11,883 nucleotides of DNA from Candidatus Heimdallarchaeota archaeon (GCA_021399395.1 JAAFKJ010000030.1:1-11883); one strand, 5' to 3'. Positions 1 to 7,666 are shown, counted from the first letter of the stretch. The notes: a model not told the origin generated them from the sequence alone. Numbers and translations: made by a program.

Positions 1-1443
1 ATGGGTTTTACGCTTGATGATTCATCTATTGACAATATCGAAGGTATCAAACAAACTAGAATGGCTTTATCGCTTGTATACTCCTTCTCAGCTGAAATAG
101 GAAATAAATCAGTTTGGGACTATTGGGATAATATTTGTAGAACAACAAACTTCTTGGTTGGTGGCAGTGATGATCTTACTCCAGCAGAATATTATCAAGT
201 CTGGGAGGAAGAAGGAACCTTAGATTTTAATGATATAATAGATGATTCGTTCATAGAAATAATGATTGATTCTTTGCAAGAACTGAGAGCACCAAAAATT
301 AATTCACGATATGTTGAATCTTTTGAAGGACAAGAAGGTGCAATTAAAGGATTCAAACTTTTCGGGCAAAGTTATACACCAGATGCATATATTTTCCAAG
401 AACTAGTCTTTGACAATTTACCAGATCGACTTATGCCTAAAGCTCTAGACATTTTCTCTGTTTTTGGAAGTGAAAGAGCAGAATATCATTTAGAATCGGA
501 GAAGGATTTTGATGGGTATGAAGAAAAGATATTAGAATTGAGGGAAGAATTTAGCAATCTCACTCTTTCTGATTGGACTCAGAATATCTATTGGCAATGG
601 TTGTATTCTCTTTTACCATTATTGGAGGAAAAAGAAGTAGGAACAGGTTATCCAGGTTATATGCAATCTGATTCTTGGACAGATAAATCACTTATGACTT
701 CTTTAGCAAGTTGGGTAGAGCTTAAACATGACACTATTCTATATGCAAAACAGTCGTATAGTGTATTGGGGATAGGTGACGAAATTACCCATTATGTTGA
801 ACCATATCCGCAAGTTTATTCTAGAATAGCAGCAACTCTAAGGATGTTGAAGGAAGGTCTCCAATCTAGAGGAGTCTTGTATGAGAATCAAACTGTTGAA
901 CCAGATTACAATGATCAAATCTCAAGTAATTTTACTCTAAAATTTGATGAATTAGCACATATATTTGATAGATTAACTGATATAAGTATCAAAGAACTAC
1001 AAAATGAAGAACTAAGTACAGATGAGATGAGATTCATTCATCATTTAGGAAAGGATCTTCAAAGAATTGTTTCATTTAATTATGATGCAGCTGAATCGTA
1101 TCAAAGTGAAGCTGATAAAAGAACTGCCCTAATAGCAGATGTACATACTGACCCTAATAGCGGTAATGTATTAGAAGTAGCTGTAGGAAATCCATTCTTG
1201 ATTTTCGTAGTTGTACAAGATCATTCAGGGCAATTGTATCTAACTCGAGGAGTAACATTCTCATTTTATGAATTTAAGCAACCTTATGATCAACGTTTGA
1301 CTGATGAAGAGTGGCAAGAGATGTTAGAAACAGCTCCACCAAGTTTACCAGAATGGATTACAGATAACCTGCCTATAATAATATATGAAGAATCTTTAAG
1401 TGTAAAAATGCTTGTAAACACCATTACAACAAAGGAGAACTAG
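1..1443 (+). CDS. DUF3160 domain-containing protein, probably 5'-partial (putative extracellular/surface protein)
   Basis: Recognisable DUF3160 motifs: FKLFGQSYTPDAYIFQELV, RLMPKALDIFSVFGSERA, DKSLMTSLASWVELKHDTILYAKQS, YVEPYPQVY, ALIADVHTDP, RGVTFSFYEF, RLTDEEWQEML. The frame is open from base 1 with no signal peptide, so it likely starts upstream of the window. Several N-x-S/T sequons (NKS, NLT, NQT, NFT). Confidence 0.85.
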   Translation: MGFTLDDSSIDNIEGIKQTRMALSLVYSFSAEIGNKSVWDYWDNICRTTNFLVGGSDDLTPAEYYQVWEEEGTLDFNDIIDDSFIEIMIDSLQELRAPKINSRYVESFEGQEGAIKGFKLFGQSYTPDAYIFQELVFDNLPDRLMPKALDIFSVFGSERAEYHLESEKDFDGYEEKILELREEFSNLTLSDWTQNIYWQWLYSLLPLLEEKEVGTGYPGYMQSDSWTDKSLMTSLASWVELKHDTILYAKQSYSVLGIGDEITHYVEPYPQVYSRIAATLRMLKEGLQSRGVLYENQTVEPDYNDQISSNFTLKFDELAHIFDRLTDISIKELQNEELSTDEMRFIHHLGKDLQRIVSFNYDAAESYQSEADKRTALIADVHTDPNSGNVLEVAVGNPFLIFVVVQDHSGQLYLTRGVTFSFYEFKQPYDQRLTDEEWQEMLETAPPSLPEWITDNLPIIIYEESLSVKMLVNTITTKEN

Positions 1444-1461
1444 TTTCTTCTTTACTTTTTT
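1444..1461 (+). terminator. Oligo-T/pyrimidine tract, archaeal-type terminator
   Basis: TTTCTTCTTTACTTTTTT directly after the DUF3160 stop codon. Confidence 0.55.
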
Positions 1462-1468
1462 GAATACA

Positions 1469-1476
1469 TTTATTTA
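1469..1476 (+). promoter_or_regulatory. Putative TATA box for the GNAT gene (leaderless start at 1505)
   Basis: TTTATTTA ends about 28 nt upstream of ATG 1505. Confidence 0.4.
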
Positions 1477-1504
1477 GAACATGAATATTGAATACAAGAT
1501 TAAT

Positions 1505-1942
1505 ATGACAATTTCGATAAAAGAAATTACAGCAGATAATTGGATCAAAGCAGTAAAATTAGAAGTTAGAAGCGATCAAAAGGGTTTTGTAGCATCCAAT
1601 GCTAAGTCTATAGCTCAATCTAAATTCCAAACATTTCTGGAATGTTATGGAGTTTATGAAAATGAACAAATGGTAGGATTTGCAGCTACAGGAAAAAATC
1701 CTGAGGATGGAGAGATTTGGATCGCTAGATACATGATAGGAGTACAGTATCAAGGAAAAGGATTGGGAAAAAAAGGGTCACAGAAATTAGTTAGTTTTCT
1801 TCAAGAGAAACACAATTGTTCCAAGATTTTTCTCGACGTAGACCCAGAAAATAAAGCTGCAATAAACTTATACAAATCCTTGGGATTTAAAGAAACAGGG
1901 AAATTACAAGGAAACAGTTTGATTTTTGAGCTGAATTTATAA
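1505..1942 (+). CDS. GNAT N-acetyltransferase, BltD/spermidine-spermine acetyltransferase-like
   Basis: N-terminus ISIKEITADNW..AVKLEV..DQ.GFVASNA.SIAQSK is typical of BltD-like GNATs. Motif A is MIGVQYQGKGLGK and motif B is VDPENKAAINLYKSLGF.ETG. ATG 1505 is preferred over 1481 because of homologous length and TATA spacing. Confidence 0.85.
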   Translation: MTISIKEITADNWIKAVKLEVRSDQKGFVASNAKSIAQSKFQTFLECYGVYENEQMVGFAATGKNPEDGEIWIARYMIGVQYQGKGLGKKGSQKLVSFLQEKHNCSKIFLDVDPENKAAINLYKSLGFKETGKLQGNSLIFELNL

Positions 1943-1965
1943 AATCAAAAAGATTGAACTGTGGA

Positions 1966-2376
1966 TTAGAACAATTTATTTCCACAGTTAGTACAGTAGC
2001 TCATTTCTTCCTTTATTTTCATTCCACAATAGTCACAAAATTGTTTGGAGTTAACAATTCTTTGAACAGGTTCTTGTTCTTGAACTACTTGTGTTTCTTG
2101 ATTCTTCCAGAAGGGATTTTCTGTAGGTTTGTAAGTCTCATACCTTCTGTGTTGCTGTCTTTGAGCGTGTCTATAGTTTGCTCTTCTTCTTGATGAACGA
2201 ATAATACTTGATACTATAATTATCAAAAATATTGTTCCAACCATGGGGATTGGCCAATACATGTATCTCAAAAACCCTGTTAAAAATCCAACTAGGACTA
2301 AGATACCCATTAACATTAGTATGAAACTAATCAAACCACCAATATTGCTTCGATGGCCATAATTTCTATTGTGCAT
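1966..2376 (-). CDS. Two-TM membrane protein with C-terminal zinc ribbon (CxxC-x10-CxxC)
   Basis: Two hydrophobic helices (IGGLISFILMLMGILVLVGFLTGFL; WPIPMVGTIFLIIIVSSII), an Arg/Gln-rich linker, then FCDYCGMKIKEEMSYCTNCGNKL. TATA-like TTTATTAA at 2413-2406 (minus), about 30 nt upstream of the ATG. Confidence 0.85.
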   Translation of the reverse strand: MHNRNYGHRSNIGGLISFILMLMGILVLVGFLTGFLRYMYWPIPMVGTIFLIIIVSSIIRSSRRRANYRHAQRQQHRRYETYKPTENPFWKNQETQVVQEQEPVQRIVNSKQFCDYCGMKIKEEMSYCTNCGNKLF

Positions 2377-2500
2377 TTGTTTCTAAGGAAAATTGTACAT
2401 GCGTATTAATAAACCAAACCAAATGAAAACAAGGTTTTAGAAAACTTTTAAGTAGAAAATCTTTTGAGTGTATCAACAAATAGTTTAGACGTGCATACAG
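2377..2500. promoter_or_regulatory. Divergent promoter region (zinc-ribbon gene / tandem GNAT)
   Basis: Minus-strand TTTATTAA (2406-2413). Plus-strand purine-rich BRE-like AGAAAA + TTTTAAGT (2439-2453), followed by an imperfect second copy (2453-2469). Confidence 0.45.
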
Positions 2501-3538
2501 ATGGAATACGAAATCAATGAATTTGATCCTCAAAAAGCTACTGATGAATTCTGGGAAATTTACTTTGAGTTTACAGAAACTAATTTCAGATATCACAATC
2601 CAGATGATCCACTACCTAATCGAGAAGTAGTTATTCAACGTCAGAAAACTGAAATACCATATTATCACGTTAAACGCTGGCTAGCTATTACTCCAGAAAA
2701 CAAAGTTATAGCTTGGGCTGGTTTTGGAGCAGGTGTTGAAGGTTCTTCAGATTATGAAGAGAATAAACATCTTTGCAATATGAATATTGCAGTTCTAGCA
2801 GACTATGTACGAAAAGGAATAGGTACAGATCTACTTAAAAGAGTAGTTCAAGAAGCTCAAATTCTTGGAAAAACAACCATGGAAGTAAGCACAGATACTG
2901 ATCCAGGTAGAGCTTTCTTAGAACATTTTGGAGCTCAACTCGCTATAGAGGCAGCAGAAAATCGTCTAGATTTAGAGGATATAGATTGGGATCTCATGCA
3001 ATCTTGGGTAGATGAAAGTTCTAAAAGAGCTGAAGAAGTTACAATCGAATCCTTCTATGAATGTCCTGAAGAGATTTTAGAGGAATATTCTGAATTGTAT
3101 ACTGAAGCTTTGAATATGCAACCTCTTGGGGACACCGAACACCGAGCTAATATTGATGGAAAATTAAGAAGGGAGTTGGAACAGGTACTCAAAGATAGAG
3201 GTTTCACAAATTACACCCTCATCAGCAGAGAAAAAGATGGAAAAATATCTGGTTTAACAGAGATACTTTATGATTCTCGAGAAAGCTACAAAATTCTTCA
3301 AGAACTTACTGGTGTTCGTCCCGAATTCAGGGGAAGAGGATTAGGAAAATGGTTAAAGGGAAAGATGATTCTCCATATTCGAGACAATTATCCTGATGTT
3401 GAAGTAATAATAACTGGAAACGCTGAAGCAAATTCACCAATGAACTCTATCAACGAAAGAATGGGATTCAAGAAGCATAAAGCAGCAGGCAGTTACAAAG
3501 TCCTAACAGAAGATATTACTAAACGCTTAGAGATTTAG
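2501..3538 (+). CDS. Tandem (two-domain) GNAT N-acetyltransferase
   Basis: Two acetyl-CoA-binding motifs: AVLADYVRKGIGTDLL...GRAFLEHFG and TGVRPEFRGRGLGKWLK...TGNAEANSPMNSINERMGF. 345 aa. Confidence 0.9.
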   Translation: MEYEINEFDPQKATDEFWEIYFEFTETNFRYHNPDDPLPNREVVIQRQKTEIPYYHVKRWLAITPENKVIAWAGFGAGVEGSSDYEENKHLCNMNIAVLADYVRKGIGTDLLKRVVQEAQILGKTTMEVSTDTDPGRAFLEHFGAQLAIEAAENRLDLEDIDWDLMQSWVDESSKRAEEVTIESFYECPEEILEEYSELYTEALNMQPLGDTEHRANIDGKLRRELEQVLKDRGFTNYTLISREKDGKISGLTEILYDSRESYKILQELTGVRPEFRGRGLGKWLKGKMILHIRDNYPDVEVIITGNAEANSPMNSINERMGFKKHKAAGSYKVLTEDITKRLEI

Positions 3539-4256
3539 AATGATTTTCTGTCTGAGGTTTTTTGACTCTTTTAACTAACAAAAAGAAGATTGTACCTTGA
3601 AGTATGTAAGTTATAACTGAGAGAAAGTTGAAAAGAGTATTTCCTAATCTTTGAGCTTGAGCATTGAAAGTTCCTCCTATAGAAGCGGCTATGCCAACAA
3701 GTATCGAGAAAGCTATCGCAATTATAGATAATATAAGAAAAGAATATTTACTTATTTTTGGAAGCCGTTTATCTATGAAGAAAACAGCTGTATAAAACAT
3801 TACAGCTAGATTTAGAAATAGTGGCCCCATTATTACAAAAATCATGTGAAACTCATAAGCTCCATGATAAACGAATATTATGATGTTCAATGGACATTGT
3901 GCTACCCCAAAGAAGGTTCCTACCCAACTAAGATACTTAGTTATTTTCCGTTCTTTGAAGAATAGCACAAGCAGAGAGAAAAATAACAAGAGTGAAATAA
4001 ATAGTATCCATATGGCTGTTTGAAGAAGTATAAAAGAAATGAGATCTGATTTTTCAATGACTTCTCTAACCACTCCCACTTCACAAAAACCATCATTTAG
4101 AATACTAAAATCAGGATAGAACGCTAAAGCAAATGATACCAAAAGAATCACTAGGAGCATCAATACTATGAAAGACTCGAAGAAATACTCAAGTAAATTC
4201 AATCTCTTCTTGTTCATATCTCTAAACATAGTTTCAGCTGCTTGTTCTAGTTCCAT
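3519..4256 (-). CDS. Polytopic membrane protein (about 6 TM), DUF998/Frag1-like
   Basis: About six hydrophobic segments. YPDFSILNDGFCEVG after TM1 resembles the DUF998 'YPgys..n.iSdLG' loop, and a His (YEFHMIF) sits at the start of a later helix. The ORF-track start 4265 is TTG; ATG 4256 lies 28 nt from TATA-like CTTAAATA (4291-4284). The CDS is confident, the family tentative. Confidence 0.6.
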   Translation of the reverse strand: MELEQAAETMFRDMNKKRLNLLEYFFESFIVLMLLVILLVSFALAFYPDFSILNDGFCEVGVVREVIEKSDLISFILLQTAIWILFISLLLFFSLLVLFFKERKITKYLSWVGTFFGVAQCPLNIIIFVYHGAYEFHMIFVIMGPLFLNLAVMFYTAVFFIDKRLPKISKYSFLILSIIAIAFSILVGIAASIGGTFNAQAQRLGNTLFNFLSVITYILQGTIFFLLVKRVKKPQTENHSKSLSV

Positions 4257-4421
4257 AGGATACAACTATCTTCAGAGAACGGCTATTTAAGGATTATCTG
4301 AAATTTAATCAATGTCACATATTTGTCCTAAGTTATTGATTATCGAAGAAATAATCATACAAACTAGTTGAAGCAAGGGAAAGAAATAAAATGGGAAACG
4401 AGCATGGCATCTGGAGATTAA

Positions 4422-4580
4422 ATGAAAAAAGTTGATTTAATAATCTTAATTTTGTTAATCAATCCTTTTTCATTGATAGAGAACACAACTGAATCATACG
4501 GATTTTTAATCAGATCATCTTTACTCACAATTTTCACAATCGTACTAATCTGTCTTAAAAAAAGAAGAAAGAAGAAATAG
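4422..4580 (+). CDS. 52-aa microprotein: signal-peptide-like segment fused directly to a C-terminal TM/basic anchor (or internally deleted surface-protein remnant)
   Basis: Hand translation: MKKVDLIILILLINPFSLIENTTESYGFLIRSSLLTIFTIVLICLKKRRKKK*. GGAGA at 4413-4417 precedes the ATG. Not in the ORF track. Confidence 0.55.
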   Translation: MKKVDLIILILLINPFSLIENTTESYGFLIRSSLLTIFTIVLICLKKRRKKK

Positions 4581-4638
4581 CCTTAATTTTCTTAATTGAA
4601 TCTTGGAATTACCTCTAAGACCTTAGGAAGAAACCTGC

Positions 4639-4652
4639 AAAAAGATTATATA
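4639..4652 (+). promoter_or_regulatory. BRE + TATA box upstream of surface protein gene
   Basis: AAAAAG followed by ATTATATA, about 44 nt upstream of ATG 4696. Confidence 0.5.
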
Positions 4653-4695
4653 TTCTGTCTAGATTACTTATTGCTTACTTAGATACTATAGGAGT

Positions 4696-5586
4696 ATGAT
4701 TAAAATTAGAAAGAAGTACTATGTAATAAGCTGTTTCGTAATATTAACTCTTTTTTATACACCAGGAGTCGCTGGAAGTATAAGTTTTTCTTTCCACGAA
4801 GACGTAACTGAAAATGCGGTTTTTCATTGGAAAGTTGAGAAATTGGAGGTTTTAGGATATCCAGAAGAAACTGATAGTTTCGACCTTTTCAATAATTATC
4901 TTTCGTTAAGTGAGAATGATGAAATATCAATAACAATCATTAATAATCCAGTTGAACTAGATGGATGGTATCTGGGTTCGGTTGAATATTGGTATGATAT
5001 AATCCTGAATTCAGAGATTGTCGGAAATAATACATTACACTTTGATTTCTTGAGGGTTGCATCATATTATATGGTGGATTTTGTTGATGAATATGGATTA
5101 CTACTGCCTCTAGAATGGACCAATAACACAGGTTACACTTATGAGGTTTTTGTAGAAGGTTACAATGATTTGGAACAAGAGGAATATTATAGTGCGTTTG
5201 ATTATGGAAATCCTGATGAATTCTTAGCAATAAATTACTTTAATGTCTCAAAAACTGAAAATTTCCTTACTCTTACTTATTACTACTATGAACTAGAAAG
5301 TTTTGGAGAAGATTCCGGAAAGGAAGAATTCGAATTTCATATTGAGATTATCTATAATATCCAACATGGTCTCGTTCATGAATTTTATCACAAGGAAATC
5401 ATCTATGATATGTATTCATCAGATATTAGTGGGAAGGTTGAATTTAAACTTGTCAATACTGATCATCTAGAAGAAACTCCTACAACAGAAACAACATTCT
5501 ATCATTCACTTTTATTAACAGGATTAATCACTCTAAGTGTAATTGTCACCCTCAAAAAAAAACATAGAAAGAATAGTATAAAATAG
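4696..5586 (+). CDS. Acidic secreted/surface protein with C-terminal membrane anchor, function unknown
   Basis: Signal peptide (MIKIRKKYYVISCFVILTLFYTPGVAG), a D/E/Y/F-rich body with sequons NNT, NNT and NVS, a Thr-rich stalk (EETPTTETT), a TM helix and a KKKHRK tail. Confidence 0.85.
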   Translation: MIKIRKKYYVISCFVILTLFYTPGVAGSISFSFHEDVTENAVFHWKVEKLEVLGYPEETDSFDLFNNYLSLSENDEISITIINNPVELDGWYLGSVEYWYDIILNSEIVGNNTLHFDFLRVASYYMVDFVDEYGLLLPLEWTNNTGYTYEVFVEGYNDLEQEEYYSAFDYGNPDEFLAINYFNVSKTENFLTLTYYYYELESFGEDSGKEEFEFHIEIIYNIQHGLVHEFYHKEIIYDMYSSDISGKVEFKLVNTDHLEETPTTETTFYHSLLLTGLITLSVIVTLKKKHRKNSIK

Positions 5587-5767
5587 TTCTAACAATTCTT
5601 TCTCCCTTTATTTTCTAAAATAGAATTTCTCAGTTATATCCACCAACGAACTGATGTGTTTCTTAAAGCGTAAAACTATTGATATTTTCAATTTCCAAAC
5701 GGAGTAAAATATACAGAGATTAGATGTCTAGTGTTTATTTGTAATCAAGTTATTTATTCGTTTATAT

Positions 5768-5791
5768 CACAACTTGTGTCCACATTATGTG
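5768..5791. promoter_or_regulatory. Tandem 11-bp palindromic operator-like boxes (CACA-N3-TGTG x2)
   Basis: CACAACTTGTG (5768-5778) and CACATTATGTG (5781-5791) are each perfect 5-1-5 palindromes, 10 nt upstream of TATA-like TTTTAAGT (5802-5809). Confidence 0.5.
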
Positions 5792-5838
5792 AGCAAGTCT
5801 CTTTTAAGTAAGGAGTTATGTTAGTATAGGTGCAAAAA

Positions 5839-5961
5839 ATGGCTCAAAAAGTTAAACAAACAAAAACTGAAAATCAAAGCAAAATGGTTTATCAACATGA
5901 GGATAAGAGATTAGAAAATATAAATGTTACTTACATATACGGACAAGTTTTTACTTTCTAA
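5839..5961 (+). CDS. 40-aa small protein of unknown function
   Basis: Hand translation: MAQKVKQTKTENQSKMVYQHEDKRLENINVTYIYGQVFTF*. AGGTG at 5828-5832, TATA-like TTTTAAGT at 5802-5809, and a T-rich tract after the stop. Confidence 0.5.
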   Translation: MAQKVKQTKTENQSKMVYQHEDKRLENINVTYIYGQVFTF

Positions 5962-6035
5962 CCCTTCTATCCTGAAGTTCTTTCTTTATTTTCTATTTAT
6001 ATTTTGATTCTTGAAAAGTCTTATATCACACACGT

Positions 6036-6221
6036 TTGTCAGAAGATGATTTCAAAAAAAATGTTCGAGCTCCATGGGGACAGGATCTTCCATATCATGA
6101 CTTACTGGAAATTTTCTTTGCTCATGAACACCAGCATAGAGGACAAGTGAAATTTCTAATTACGTTTTATAGAGGACCGCCTGAATTCACCCCTAAAGAT
6201 GAAAATATTGAGTATGGTTAG
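6036..6221 (+). pseudogene. C-terminal fragment of a DinB/YfiT-family protein
   Basis: LSEDDFKKNVRAPWG...DLLEIFFAHEHQHRGQV matches the DinB C-terminal HxxxHxGQ motif. An in-frame TGA lies at 6012-6014, and no N-terminal portion is recognisable upstream in any frame. The start is TTG with no RBS. Confidence 0.7.
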
Positions 6222-7666
6222 CTCTTCTTTGTTTTTTTAACAGACTTCAATCCAGTTATGAGACCAATTATCATACCTATGCCAAATGTCATCCCAGTTC
6301 CAATGAAGAAATGCCACCCATTCTGAGACAGAGCTGAACTAATTATGACCATAACAATTCCAACAAAGAAATCCACATTACCATCTAGAAATTCAAGAAA
6401 AGTTCCAATAGATTCAAACCCTTCTCCTTTTCCGACCAATCTTACAATGGTATCGACTATTATTAATCCAGCCAATCCCCAGATAGCACTGAGATTACTA
6501 ATACAGAATGTTTGGTTGGGACTCAAAAGATAGAACATAGCATTGCCAAGAAATCCGAACCCTAGATACAGTGTTGGAAAGACCCACTTTGGAAAAGTTC
6601 TTTCCATCCTTCTTCCATAAACGAACAAACACCAGATGAAAGTTAAGAGAACAACAATGCCCGAATATAACTGTAAATTGGAGATTGATGAGAGGAAACT
6701 TATGTCGTCTAAGAAAGAGGAACCATAAGCATAGAAAACACTAGAGAATATTTGCCATATATTGCCTGTAACAGCGTCCCCATTAGTTTGAGCTGATAAC
6801 CCATCGTATCCTCCAAAAACAGCTTGCATTACGATGAAAGCGACTATATATGCTCCAATAAATGTTAGAGTTAACCAATAATGTTTGAATGTTTTCTTGA
6901 TAGAAGGAACAACTTTTTTCTGCCAAAATCCTCTCTTTGGAGGGTCAAATCCTAGTTTGATTGCTTGTTCATAATCTGTTTGAGCAAACTCAAATTCGCC
7001 CATTTTAACATAAGTTTCAGATCTTGTCTTATAGAAAACATGGTTGGTAGGATCGAGTGTGATTGCTTTATCTAGACAGTTTAGTGCTTCTTGATGTTCT
7101 TCTTTTTCTGAATAAATTATACCTAGATTTGCATGTGCCCAGCTACTCTGAGGGTCAAGCTCGATAGCATTTTCATAATCACTAAAGGCTTCATCATACT
7201 TCTTTTGATGAAGATAGACACTACCTCTATTATGGAAAAACTGTGCCTCTGACTGGTCATATTTGAGAGCATTATCAAAATATTTGAGAGCTTCATCCAT
7301 CTCTAATCTCTGGTAATTAATAACACCTATATTTTCATGAGCCCAAGCGTAATCAGGTTTGAGTTTGATTACTTGATCATAATCTTCCAAAGATTTGTCA
7401 AACTCTTTTAAACTGAAGTAGATATTTCCTCTGTTATGAAAGAAAAGATAGTTTGTAGCATCAAGTTCAATTGCTTTGTCCAAATCTATCAATGCTCTCT
7501 TGAGTTTAGCTTGTTCAAAGAATATTCTGCCTCTATTACCTAAAGCACGAGCATTAGTAGGGTCAAGTTCAGCAGCCTTAGTGAAACATGTGAAAGCCTT
7601 ATCCTTATCATTATTTTTGTATAATTCGATTCCCTTTTCAACGAGTTTTTTTGCGTCGTCACTCAT
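6218..7666 (-). CDS. N-terminal 7xTPR + C-terminal rhomboid-fold membrane protein, apparently catalytically inactive
   Basis: Seven consecutive 34-aa TPRs, then a rhomboid scaffold: LTLTFIGAYIVAF, GNIWQIFSSVF, LFVYGRRMER, FPTLYLGFGFLGN, SAIWGLAG, GMIIGL. The GxSG site reads SNLS. The ORF-track start 7672 is TTG; ATG 7666 has AGGA about 10 nt upstream. Confidence 0.85.
   Translation of the reverse strand: MSDDAKKLVEKGIELYKNNDKDKAFTCFTKAAELDPTNARALGNRGRIFFEQAKLKRALIDLDKAIELDATNYLFFHNRGNIYFSLKEFDKSLEDYDQVIKLKPDYAWAHENIGVINYQRLEMDEALKYFDNALKYDQSEAQFFHNRGSVYLHQKKYDEAFSDYENAIELDPQSSWAHANLGIIYSEKEEHQEALNCLDKAITLDPTNHVFYKTRSETYVKMGEFEFAQTDYEQAIKLGFDPPKRGFWQKKVVPSIKKTFKHYWLTLTFIGAYIVAFIVMQAVFGGYDGLSAQTNGDAVTGNIWQIFSSVFYAYGSSFLDDISFLSSISNLQLYSGIVVLLTFIWCLFVYGRRMERTFPKWVFPTLYLGFGFLGNAMFYLLSPNQTFCISNLSAIWGLAGLIIVDTIVRLVGKGEGFESIGTFLEFLDGNVDFFVGIVMVIISSALSQNGWHFFIGTGMTFGIGMIIGLITGLKSVKKTKKS
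6941..7654 (-). repeat. Seven tandem TPR motifs (protein-level repeat)
   Basis: 34-aa units ending ELDPTN, ELDATN, KLKPDY, KYDQSE, ELDPQS, TLDPTN and KLGFDP. Confidence 0.9.

Noticed and set aside
1559-1753. 64-aa minus-strand ORF
   Set aside because: Antisense shadow of the BltD-like GNAT, with no motifs.
1954-2193. 79-aa plus-strand ORF
   Set aside because: Antisense shadow of the zinc-ribbon gene.
2366-2596. 76-aa minus-strand ORF
   Set aside because: Spans the divergent promoter and the GNAT 5' end, with no recognisable protein features.
4615-4626. CTAAG-AC-CTTAG palindrome upstream of the 4696 promoter
   Set aside because: Single 5-bp-arm palindrome with no second copy seen, so support is insufficient.
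4940-5230. 96-aa minus-strand ORF
   Set aside because: Antisense shadow of the surface protein gene.
5678-5692. Imperfect 7-1-7 palindrome ATTGATATTTTCAAT (Fur-box-like)
   Set aside because: AT-rich with one mismatch, and not positioned at a clear promoter; plausible by chance.
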